A DNA stretch of 59,952 bases, counting the filler, from Sphacelaria rigidula (taxonomy: Eukaryota), in NCBI GenBank assembly GCA_964200075.2. It is 9 parts of 9 records of this genome, joined end to end, with 100 filler letters (N's around TTAATTAATTAA, not from the genome) between each part and the next. Parts side by side here need not be neighbours in the genome. Positions count along the whole stretch, not along the records: positions 46,709 to 53,280 come from CAXNAA020019288.1; positions 53,381 to 59,952 come from CAXNAA020019289.1; 7 more parts are not named here. One strand, given 5' to 3'. The notes beneath the pieces are model-generated. The model was not told the DNA's origin. It did no database searches and worked only from the letters and a program-made list of their open reading frames with translations. This document shows, one piece after another, positions 48,940 to 59,952 of the stretch. The position numbers and the translations under genes are program-made. The stretch's first letter is position 1. Every line of letters begins with the position of its first letter.

Positions 48940-51639
48940 CTTCCTCTGTTTAGGAAACATAGGCTCTCAGAGAAAAAGAGGCATCACTTTGGCCAAAATG
49001 CGAATACTTTTGTGCTTTTTTTTGTTTTCGTAACGACCTGAAGAACACCCCCCCCCAAACCCGAGGTCTTTGGTCAGTCCACAGTACAACACCACCTATA
49101 CCCTCGGTGACCACAGAGTCCCTGGCCGAAGAGAGGAAAAACCACTAGCTGGAGGCCTTCCCCCCCAACAAATTTCAATCGCTTTATTCGGCGGAATTCG
49201 TGCCGATTCGGCGGAGCTCGTAGAACCACTTTTTTTGTGGTCCGACCAAACAACAGCACACGAGCAACGCCGGCAACCAGCCTATCACAGCTGGTAGAGG
49301 GTAGCGACCGTGAGGGGGTAAAGGCAGTCGGTACGTCGTCTTTCGATCATCTCCTATCCATGTCGGGCTACGACAGCAGCGCAAGTGATGCTGATGCTGC
49401 ACCTTCAAAGAGAAAAACCTTTCTCATGACGAGCGAAGGGCTGCGCTCGATCGATGACCTTCTGGCACTCAGCACCAACGGTGAGCTATACAGAGGTGAC
49501 TTGGGCGAGGTAGGCGAGAGGTTTGGCACAACACGCCACTGTATGGGCCGCTTGTGGAAACAGTACAAGGAGGACAAAGTTACTGGCACCCCTAACCCGC
49601 GTGTGAGGTCTCGCCGCGCGGGCAGGGCGGGTCCGAGGCCACTGGACCTCACACCTTTCAAAGAGGCGTTGCGGGACATGCCGCTGCTGCGCATAACACA
49701 GCGGTCTATAGCTGCAGCGATCGGCACGAAGTTGTCGACCTTCCATGATCACAAGAAGGACCTTGGGTTCAAGCCGCATTCGCTTTTCCTGAAGCCGCTC
49801 CTCACCAACACCGACAAGATACAGCGGCTGAGAAGGGCCAGGCGCTGGGCTGTCCTGACTGCGGGGGGGGATCGTAAATTCAGCGGCATGAGAAACATCG
49901 TGCACGTGGACGAAAAATGGTTCTACGTCTGCAAGGATGGGCAGACGTACTACCTGTTCGATGACGAGAACCCCCCGAGCCGCAAGGTCCAGCACAAGAG
50001 CCACATCACTAAGGTTATGTTTCAGGGGGTTGTTGCTCGGCCACGGCGAAACACCGCCACCAACTCCGACTTCAGCGAGAAAATCGGCGTCTACCCTTTC
50101 ACGGAGAAAGTGAGAGCCCAGCGCAACAGCAGGGACAGGCCTGCCGGAACACTGGAAACGAAGACATAGGAGGTAACCAAGGAGTGGTACAAGAAGATGA
50201 TGATCGACCACGTGATCCCCGACATCAAGCGGCAGTTTCCCCGCCCCCCTGCTGCCACCAGCCCGGAGGATAGGATAGTCTGGGTGCAGCAGGACAACGC
50301 TCGCCCGCACTTCATCAACGACGATCCAGAACTGCGGGCTGCGATGTCGGCAGATGGGTGGTACATCCGGCTGATTTATCAGCCGGCCAACAGCCCAGAC
50401 ACAAACATCCTTGACTCGGGGTTCTTCAACTCAATCTAGTCCCTGCAGGATCGCACATCCCCGAGGAGTGTTGACGAGCTCGTCACTGCTGTTGAGCAAG
50501 CATGGGCAGCGGATCCGCCAAAGGTGCTCAACCGGGTGTGGCTAAGTCTGCAGGCGTGCCTCGAGCAGATAATGCTTGCGGGAGGAGACAACGACTAACA
50601 GCTCCCACACATCGGCAAGGGCAAGCTCGAGCGCGCTCGTACGCTGCCGTGGCAGCTGGAGTGTGGAGACAAGGCATGAGCTAAGAGTACTGCAGCGCTG
50701 GCGGAGTTGGAGGCCGCGGAGTCGGAAGCAGCGGGGGGCGGGGGCGGAGCGTCTGGCTCTGCTTGAAGGGGGCCGGGGGGCGAGGGCGGCGGGCACTGGT
50801 AGAAGGGAGCAGAGGGGGGGGGGAGAGCGGCGGGACTGGTTGAAGTAGAAGTTCGGGGTGGCCTGTTGCAAAATGTTGAACCGTTTCTGTGTCTGCCTGT
50901 GTTGAGATCGAAGGACCACTACTGCTGTCAAGCACTGCAGTTTCCGCAGCGTTCGTTTTTGCACGAACGAGACTGCCATGGGGAAATCGGCGTTCTGGGG
51001 TAGAGTGACTTCTTCTTTTTCTGCTGCTGTGGTTTCCAGTACAGCTCACGTTGGCTGCTGGTGCTGTGAAAAGCGTTGCTGATATCCCTGTTTATCTATA
51101 CTGTTTTAATGTTGGCGTTGCCTATAATATGTGGCGCGAAACCATTTTCTCACCCAGACACGCATCGGGCGTGACGTCACCTGCTTACCGCCGGGTGATG
51201 ATGCATTCTGTTCACTTTTTCGGAGTGAAGCGGCGACGTTGTGACCGTTTCCTCCCCACCCCGGGGACGAAAATCATTGATCCCCGGGTGGACATGAACA
51301 CATTTCAAGTTCCGAAGTATTTCTGCCGTACACGGTGGCAGAGTAGTGTCCAACTTATCAAACACGCGCATTAGCGGCCGCAGAACTCCTTGAGCAATCT
51401 CACGCCCTATTTTGTCCGGTGAGTATTCTGGGGGGTGTTATCTTGCGTGGGGGTGTTTTTTTTGTTCCGGGGGCAATATCACGTCACCTCCTGCTTTTTT
51501 GTTTTGCACATGGTACAGATGATGTGCGGAACACATACCGGTGGTGGCCTGATCAAGAACTGCGTTATTCGCATACTTCCTGAAGCGAGCTTATATTCCG
51601 GATATTTCCGAGAGAGTCTATATCTCCAAACAGAGGAAG
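48940..51639 (+). mobile_element. Complete Tc1/mariner DNA transposon, DD39D (plant-mariner/Stowaway-partner type), 2,700 bp
   Basis: TA|CTTCCTCTGTTTAGGAAACATAGGCTCTC ... GAGAGTCTATATCTCCAAACAGAGGAAG|TA, with an internal transposase. Confidence 0.93.
49360..50766 (+). pseudogene. DD39D mariner transposase with four in-frame stops
   Basis: HVDEKWFY, VQQDNARPH and QPANSPDTNILD with 39 residues between the second and third Asp. Stops at 50167 (TAG), 50437 (TAG), 50596 (TAA) and 50677 (TGA); no frameshift. Confidence 0.92.
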
Positions 51640-51663
51640 TACTGTTTATTGCACACTTGATTC

Positions 51664-51760
51664 CGTACCGGGGGAGGATGGGATGATCCTTTGAGGCCAC
51701 GGACTCATTCCGAGGAAGGGGAGGGGATCAAAGTGCGACAAATGAAGAAAAAAATCGGAT
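51664..51760 (+). mobile_element. SINE family B, 3' fragment
   Basis: CGTACCGGGGGAGGATGGGATGATCCTTTGAGGCCACGGACTCATTCCGAGGAAGGGGAGGGG matches 43697-43775. Confidence 0.72.
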
Positions 51761-53154
51761 ACTCCGACAGCACACACCTTGAGAAAAAATGTGCATCCTT
51801 ACTGTGGAAGCACTCGGAATAAATATATGTACTTGATGTCCCATGTGCCGGGCTGCTACAGTCAACCTACGGACTTGTGATCATGCATTGTATCTGGGCC
51901 ATACAGCTTAGCAGGTGAGGAACGCTGAATACTGGTTTCTTGTAAAGTTGATCCGGATCTTGAACCTTTGAAGACCGGGCCTCCAGAACGACCGATGAGG
52001 TTGGTTAGGAATGGAGTTCTGGCGTCTGCCCGAAAGACTCGCGTTTTGCTGAAAATCCGCGTACGTAACCGCAGGGTGCGCATTAGGTAATGTACATCTG
52101 ATGTAGAAAGCAGTAGGTTACGGTAGAGCATTTCCAACAGGATGCGGCGACCCGCGGGCCGCCCACCACTTGTGGCTTTGAATGATATTATTGTCCCCGT
52201 CACCTTATCACACAGCCCTTAGTGGTCGGGGTGGGCCGCTATTTTCCTCTTCCTTGCATGCGGCAAATTCTCTTCGAAGGGTATCAGCGTTGCGGCGGGC
52301 AAAAAAATACAGTACAGTGCAGTAAAGTGCAGTACGCCTCTCCGACTGCAGCAGCAGCTGCCACTGCATACTCCCTTGCACGGTCTGGGCAATTCTCAGC
52401 TACCGAAAATAGCTGCCTATACAGTATACAGCTTTGTCATTCCCGTCCACTACATACATGTTAACTGCACACTGCATTTCATCGACAGAGGGATAAGCAG
52501 AATTCATGACGGTAGCTCATCTTGTCTTTCTACGGCCCACCTCGTTTTAGTGCCTCGTGAAAATGACCACATTGTAGCATGCACATTCCTTCCCGTTTTT
52601 TCCCGCTCCACCCTGTGTTGGTGTAATTACCACGTTTCAGTTTCGCATTGCGACCCGAAAACTCCCGGAAAATCTCGGGAACGCTATACTGAATGCAAGT
52701 GATGACATAAAACCAAGCTGCGACCACCCTGCACTTGAAAACCTGGGAAGGCTTATCTGGGCCAGGGATAGGGCCCCCACACGATCTTTGCAGTGGCCTC
52801 ACACTCGATAACAATCCCCGCGCTGGTCGTTCGGGTCGGGTCGATAAATTTCGCCTCGCTGTGAATGGGCAGGTCGCTTCCTGACTCATTTTTTAAACAC
52901 AGGGTAACCCTGTGTTACGGGGAGGTCGGTGCCGATAGGATCAAGGGGGAGGGAAACTTCTCTTCTATAGCCTTGCGCCAAAATAAAACAAAAACAGGTC
53001 AACTGCCAAGATTGCCGCATACAAAAATCATAGGCACTTCATGTATCTTTCGACGGTTCAACAGGGTTTAGTACTGTATTTTCAGTACTAATCAAGGGTT
53101 ATTTTGCTTGTGGATTTCTCCGCCGTGTAGGTTTGAACCAGCCTGAAACTTGGC

Positions 53155-53280
53155 TAGAGGTGGGCACCGGACAGCAAATTTAGAAAACCGGTAACCGGAT
53201 AAGGAGGCGTTATTTTCAAATCGAAAAACCGGTTTAACCGGGTTTTTTTCGGCCGGTTTAACCGGTTAACCGGAAAACCG
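53155..53280 (+). mobile_element. hAT-like transposon end with subterminal AACCGG repeats
   Basis: TAGAGGTGGGCACCGG terminus followed by many AACCGG/CCGGTT motifs; cut by the contig end. Confidence 0.65.
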
Positions 53281-53515
53281 NNNNNNNNNNNNNNNNNNNN
53301 NNNNNNNNNNNNNNNNNNNNNNNNTTAATTAATTAANNNNNNNNNNNNNNNNNNNNNNNNNNNNNNNNNNNNNNNNNNNNCACAACGATGTACGCGGCCC
53401 CACCTCTCCCCATGGCCCCCCCCCCCCCCCCCCCCGCGAACAAAAACAAGAACATGAACAACATTGATCACGCCCCTCTGGCCTTGTCGCGCTCTCTCCA
53501 AACCCAACAACTCAG

Positions 53516-53920
53516 TCATGTCCGGGAATAACGACTGTGCTGCTTCTCGACGACGAGAGAGCGCAATCATCGCCAACAGCAAAGGTGTCGGGAGGACGGC
53601 GCCAAGCCCCGTCGTCCCAAACTAGAAAGCGCCCCCACTCTTCCGAAAGTGGGACATTTCGCGATGTTCGAATACATCGCGGCGGGGGAAGCCGGAGCGA
53701 CGAGCCGAGAAGCCCGGCCAGAAGCGAGGGAGAGGAAGGTCGGGGGGGGGGGGTGGCGGCGGGTAGGGAGGAGGAGGATGGGACGCGCGGGGGGGGTATA
53801 GTTGATGTTCGGAGCGTTGCCCGGGTTGACTTTTCTGTTGTGGATTATGTGCTGAGAAAGCCGTTTTCGGATGATTCACTTCGGCGTCTTTTGGAGGCTG
53901 TGGAACAGGACCACCTGCAG
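53516..53920 (+). CDS. Internal exon encoding the C-terminal half of a receiver (CheY-like) domain with a low-complexity insertion
   Basis: CAG acceptor, GTGGGT donor, 135 codons: SCPGITTVLLLDD...[G/R/E-rich]...VDYVLRKPFSDDSLRRLLEAVEQ. Confidence 0.6.
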
Positions 53921-54952
53921 GTGGGTGTCTTTTTCCGCTACAGGCAGACGTACTTCCAGAGGTGAAAGCGTAGTCGGTTTCACTCGAGTGTTTGGTTTGG
54001 TGTTTCTAGAGTACTGGAGAAATGAATTGATGACAGTGCATTAGACCACACAGTGAGCGCTGCACAAAACTCGTCCGAGGCCAATAAAATTAGTGCAGAT
54101 GTCCACGAAATGTTTGAGAAATTTGAGCCACCGGTAGAAGTCATTATTTTGTCGGCTGATGTGCGGCGATATCGTAGCACCTGCTAATGAGGCAGACATT
54201 GATGACCCGAAGAGGCTATCATTATATAAATTGCTTGACCGCTAGCTTCGCCTCGGAACAGCTCTTCCGGCTGTCAGTTTAGGGCTATCCACGGGTTTCC
54301 AGAAGAGGGCGTGTTATTTGACGGCAAGGCGATACAAGTTCCAAGATCACCCAAAAGTGTTGCGAAGTCGAACATGCGCATATTCAGAAAATTTCTAGGG
54401 AGACGAAAAACGGGAGATCTCGCTCAAAGACGATAAGAGGGGGTGCCTGACCGATCAAAAACAGAAAAACGATGGGCTATCTTCGGTTGCGAATGGCCTT
54501 ATACTGCCGAGTGGCAATGAAATGGCATACTTCGTCATTTTCTGGGGACACTGGTTGAAAATGCATGAGGCGCATCTTGGATCAGCAGTCTTTGACACAC
54601 CTAGTCCTCCACAATAGCTGCACCGAGCACACCATGACACTTGGCGCACAAATCCAGAAGCGACGCGGACTATATGCACTACGGAGCGATGACATGCTGA
54701 ACTGCCTATTCTAGCCAGTGATGGAAAATAAGCCGGAAGGACTCATTAGTTGCTTGCCTTGCTTGCCTTAATAGTCGTTTGACCATTGACCACGCACCCC
54801 TTTCGAGACGGAGTATACCCGGACGTGGGGGATCTGGTTGGCATACTACGCCATACCGAAATGTGTAGCGAACATTCTCGTATGGTTCGGGAGGATATTG
54901 AGCCCTGTTCTACACACTCCGGTGTGGCCCTCAAGGGTATTTACCGATATCA

Positions 54953-55287
54953 TGCCGCACCCCGGTGGTGTGACGATCCGACCGTCGCCATCAGGGTGAA
55001 GAGAACGAAGGTTCGATTCCCGATGTGTTGGAATTTTTTTCTTGGTAGTATATGATTTCCACCGTGGAAAGCGTGAGAACGCGAGTTAACGAAGTAGTCG
55101 ATTGAGTTTGATTGACGTGAGTTGACGCGGTGCGGGAGTGCTGATAGTCATGACCCAATCCGCGAGACCAAACTGCAAGGCGTGTACCGGAGAGAGATGG
55201 GTTGATCTCTTGAGACCACAGACTCGTCCCGGGGAAGGGGAGGGGTTCGAAGCACGAGAGATGAATAGAATAATGAAAATAGTAACA
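54953..55287 (+). mobile_element. tRNA-derived SINE, family B
   Basis: CCCCGGTGGTGTGACG A-box-like head, canonical B-box GGTTCGATTCC near 55009-55020, A-rich end. Confidence 0.78.
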
Positions 55288-57831
55288 ACGCCTGTTTTTT
55301 ACTACTGTGAATACCCGGATTTCAGCCCGGATGCCCTACAGAAGCCAACCTTGGGAAAACACAAGCTTGAAAAATATCAGGCGCGCGCTGTTCCGTAAGT
55401 AACAATACGCGGGAACGTAGGCATAGATCATATATGGACGTTTCTCGTTCACGTATCCGGGCAGTTCGTCACGTTGACGAAAGTGCAGGTAGGTTGAGCC
55501 CATGTGGTCGTGCTGTACTGTACTACAGAACTGTACTTGTGAACGCCGCAAGAGGTGAGACGTACACTTTGTTGATTTGCCTACGCCTATTGCAGGGGTT
55601 CTCGGACACTCATTTTCTGCAGATGTTGAAATTGAAACATCCGCCTGCTCATTGAAAGTTGGCGTGTCGTGCCACAAACATTTTTGATATCATTTCCTCG
55701 CCTAGGCAAATACTAGACAATCTGACGGGGGGGGTGGCCGTTCAAAGGTTGACGGTGGATATTTTTGAGTGTCGGCCGCGGTCTCTCTTTCTTCAGTTTT
55801 AGCTTCGCTTGACTTCATATCCTACTCGTTTATTTTTGGGACGGATGAAGGTATCACTGCGGTTTTCATTCCTTTCTCGAACTTCATTGGGTCTCATATT
55901 TTCCCCCAAATGTCTGAGGAGATGAAGAATGTTCCTCAGTCAAAAAAGCGTACGATTATCGTAGTGAAAACCATTTCGCATGCTCACACTTTGGTCAGAA
56001 TGTGAAACATGAATCAACTTTCAGCAGGGAAAAGCCTGTCAAATTCTTTACTCGAAGGTGGACTTCGTTTCCCCCTCGCCGTCAACGAAGTCGTCCGGCG
56101 GTCAACAGAGACATGAATCACATCGCAACATCGTAGCTTCAATGCTAGGCCGAATTTCCGCACATGCCTGTATCCTGGATCCGATCCGTCCGAAAAATAA
56201 AGAACCACAAACTTGTGTTCCTTTGTGATGGGGAGCCCACCACTTATGATTTCGGAATTCGACGGACTGTTTTTGTGGTCGTTGGCACTCAGGTGGGGAG
56301 AGAAATTCGCACCAAGAGGGTTTTCTCACTCTACTAGCCAGCACTTGATTTCGCGGGGGTACTTCCCCCTGCGACATGCAGAAACGTCGGCGTCGCAACT
56401 AGGGTTGAATCAGAGCAAGAGATGATTATAATCGGCTATCCGCCCACATGATTTCTGCCCAATTCGCTAAATCGGTAGTGCTTTGTTTCGTGAAGAGAAT
56501 GGTACGATATGTCGGTCGACACGATGTAGCGTATCTATCGTCTCAGTGGGGGTGATGTATCTCGATATAACAGATCACGAGGAGGTACTGCGATACACAT
56601 CTTGGTGGATATGTGGCAGGTGGACGGCTGTACATTTCGGGTGCGAGTGCCATGTGGTCATGCGGATATTATACACAATATAACATGAGCAGGAGTGATC
56701 ATATCCCACCGTATACTAAACAGTACAGCAAAGTCGTTTATATTCAGAACATGAACAGAAGTGACCATACCCCATCGTTCACCAGAAGGAGCGGTGGGTG
56801 GGGCCCCACCGTCGCACAAGTTTCAGCGTTACGGTGAGACATACCTCAACCTGCTGCTCTCTCTCAGGTAGTCATGGAGATTGATGGGACGAGTGGAGGA
56901 GGTCGAGCGCTACCTGCGTGTCGTAGCCCCCGAAGCCTGTAGTATGTACTGTAGTCCCAATTGCTTTGGGAGCTTGGGACGTGTACCGCGCTGCATGATG
57001 CACGAGTTGTACGTGTTCGTCGATGCGGGGGGTGTCGAAGAAACAATGACAGTGTTCCAAATCTGTGCTACGGATTTCGCGTCGATATATATGCCTAGAT
57101 GCCCGATGTCCCGAGAACAGGAAGTGATCCGCCCTCGCAATATGTTGAAGTGCGAAATGTATCGTCGAAATGGGATGAGATATCGTCTGCGAACATCAAT
57201 GGTGCATTGAATTGTGTTCATCGCCTGACGAAAATCGAACAACCCATTTTACTGTCAAACCATCACGATAGATAACGCTACTAATCGGAAGAACAATTGA
57301 AAAGTGTTTTTCATGCTGCATCTCTCGACATGACCGTATCGCGCGAGCGTTTTTTTCGCACGAGTAGGGGGGGGGAAGTCCCATAACGTATCGGTGCAAG
57401 TCTTCGTGCGCTTTCAAAGGGTATCGTCCGTCCCAGTCAGCGCCAGACGCTTTGAAGATTCTGCACGTCAATATCTTGGGTACACATAGGACACAAGAGT
57501 TCCATGAACGACGTGGCTGGTTCGAATCACTCTGCTGCTCGTTGAGACACGTGCACTGTCAAGTGTCCCAGCTGGTCAGCAGGTTCCCAGGTGCTCTTGC
57601 GGCATCGTTGCCCTGCCATCTTCGGCACTGCCTGAAGTTCCATCTGAACTCGGATGAGTCGGGCAGTGTGTGGTTGCCCATATATATATATATAAATGTA
57701 TGGGTCACGCGTTTTTATTCCACTCATGATCGAAGATTATGGGCCCTAGTATGTCGATATGCCATTTGCCCAGCTTGGCCCTTCGTCATTGCCATCTTTG
57801 AGCTACCAAACTTAGAAATCGTGAGTTCACG

Positions 57832-57832
57832 G

Positions 57833-57881
<49 letters not shown>
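57832..57881. repeat. (GTT)n microsatellite
   Basis: Direct reading. Confidence 0.95.
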
Positions 57882-58159
57882 CGTCTGCACATCAAAAACC
57901 GTTCCGATATCTGCGCAGTACTTTATACTGGGCATTTGATGCGGACATCTTTGGTGGTCACAGGCTAATTACCCCAAGCTAGAGTAAAAGAAAAATCATA
58001 AAATAAATCGGACCCAGAAGCAATTCAAGCAAATGCGATACGAAAGAAATAGAAAACGAATAAAATGGAAATACTTGTAAAGAAGAAAAGAAGAAAAATG
58101 ACTTTTGCTAGCTCTCTAAGTTCGGACGCGTAAAATCGTGATGTGACTCATATTCAACA

Positions 58160-59720
58160 TTTGGACCAACCAATAATACGATTCGTACACAAGTTGTGAT
58201 ATGTACATGTTTTGGGTTCGTGGATCGTACGACATTACTTTGAGTGTACACATTTCCAGTTCGTGGTTCGTGCGGCACACCGTCGAAAGTACACGTTTCC
58301 TACTTTCCACTCGTTTGGTGTGAATCATAGGTACATATTCCCCAATTTCCACCCATTCAGCATAGACCATGGCCCCACGTTCCCCCCCCTTCCATTCATG
58401 TGAGGTGAATCAAGCGTACACGGTGTCCAATTTTCGTCCATGCAGGATGAATCATACGTACATGTTCCCCGCCTTCCACTCACACGAGGTCGATCACAGC
58501 TCACATGGTTCCCACTTTTCATTGATGCAGCATGAATCACACGTACATGTACCCTACCTGCCATTCATAAGAGATGGATCAAGTGTACGTACTTCCCACT
58601 TTTCATTTATGCAGCGTGAATCATACGTACATGTATCCCATCTTCTGTTCATATGACACAAATCATGAGAGCATGTTGTTTCCCACTGGTCATTTCATGG
58701 GGCGCGACTCTCTGGTGGCGCGGCCATTATTGCGGGTGGGGTAGGCAAGTAAGAGCGTACAGGTCGCGAACCCCGTAATTGCCAAATCTGCCCAAGACCC
58801 AATTTCAAATTTTGTTCTCACACGTGACACATCAGCTATACAGTAGTACAACACACGCGTCTGCGTGCCCAGAGCGGTTTTTCAAGCAAGTTTTCCCGCC
58901 CGAGCTGTGCTGTTGACAACCTTTGTGGTTTCACGTTGTGTTCTGTGGTACAGTTGAGCTGAGCATCCTGTATATACGGTACTACGAACACTGGCGAAGG
59001 ACACAGCACCAGCACGAGTCATCCTCGCATCCTCATGGGAGTTTTCGGAAAAACTCTGGCAGTGTACACTGCAGTCCGCGAACAGTACGGTACAGCATGG
59101 CGCAGCACGCATCTGTGCGCGTAGAGCGATTCTTCTAGCTGTTTGTTTCTCTGTGATCCATACACAGCATGAATCGCGTGATTCATGTACACGTTATCCA
59201 CCTTGCGTTCTTGAACATGAATCATGGATACATGTTTTTCACCTTCCATTTATACGGGAAGAATCAGGCGTGCATGTATCTCCATGTATCTCCCCTTGTA
59301 TCCATGCAGCATATGAATCATGGGCACGCGTTCTTCACCTTCGATTCATACGAGGTGAATCGCAAGTACATGTTTTCCCAATTTCCGTTCATGCAGCATG
59401 GATCATACGTGATACGTACATGTTCTCCGCGTTCCATCCATACGAGATGAATCAAGCGTACATGTTTCCCAGTTCCCGTTCATGCAGCATGCAACATACG
59501 TACATGTTCCCCACCTTCGATTCATACGAGACTCCACCCATGATTCATACAGGAATTGTGACTCTTACAAATGCTGCACTTTTGATTTGTACGATACTAC
59601 TTGGAGAATACACATTCCCAGTTTGTGATTCGTGCGGTATGATCTTGAACGTACAACTTTACCATCCGTGATTCATACAGGATAGAAATTTGGTACATGA
59701 TTCGCATTCAACATTTCATG
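58160..59720. repeat. Degenerate ~42-bp satellite in two blocks (~58160-58690 and ~59150-59720)
   Basis: Recurring TACATGTTCCC...TTC.ATTCAT...TGAATCA..CG units. Confidence 0.85.
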
Positions 59721-59952
59721 GGGAGTCGACCCTTATGGACTCTGATTCGCCCGAACCGTGGAGCTGTGCGTGTCATGTGACTTTTTATCCACGCATGGAT
59801 TATATGTGAAATCCCCCAGTAGGAGGCGCTGGACACAGGGCATCTGGCTGTTCCCTGATATTTCGTGGACAGCATTTTAAGAGCAATGGACTAGAAAAGG
59901 TATACCTTCTCGTTTTTTGCCCAAGAAAGGTACGAAAAATGGCCAGTAACGC

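Noticed and set aside
49360..50766. Stop-codon readthrough or an alternative genetic code in the transposase
   Set aside because: All three stop types occur, several are simple point changes (CAG>TAG, TAC>TAA, TGG>TGA), and host genes here end normally at TGA and TAG.

Overview
This window is not one locus. It is nine unrelated ~6.57-kb contigs (1-6573, 6674-13246, 13347-19919, 20020-26592, 26693-33264, 33365-39936, 40037-46608, 46709-53280, 53381-59952) joined by artificial 100-nt N44-TTAATTAATTAA-N44 spacers. The DNA is eukaryotic, with short GC-rich exons, long GT-AG introns full of transposons, and poly-G/C runs. A brown alga or related stramenopile is my inference. Host genes: four exons of splicing factor SF3A2, four exons of 5'-3' exoribonuclease XRN2, the last two exons of an acidic low-complexity protein, and one exon with a split receiver-like domain. 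Mobile DNA dominates: a decayed Ty3/Gypsy pol, a complete 2,700-bp DD39D mariner (TIRs, TA target duplication and a paralogous empty site), an RTE-type LINE fragment, two tRNA-headed SINE families (one copy nested antisense inside another), MITEs with 4-bp, 8-bp and TTAA-like target duplications, satellites growing inside MITEs, and a contig built from large diverged inverted repeats of an unidentified element. I found no CRISPR array, rRNA, operon or convincing new multi-gene system. The most likely novelty lies in the non-autonomous transposon families and the unidentified contig-5 element.
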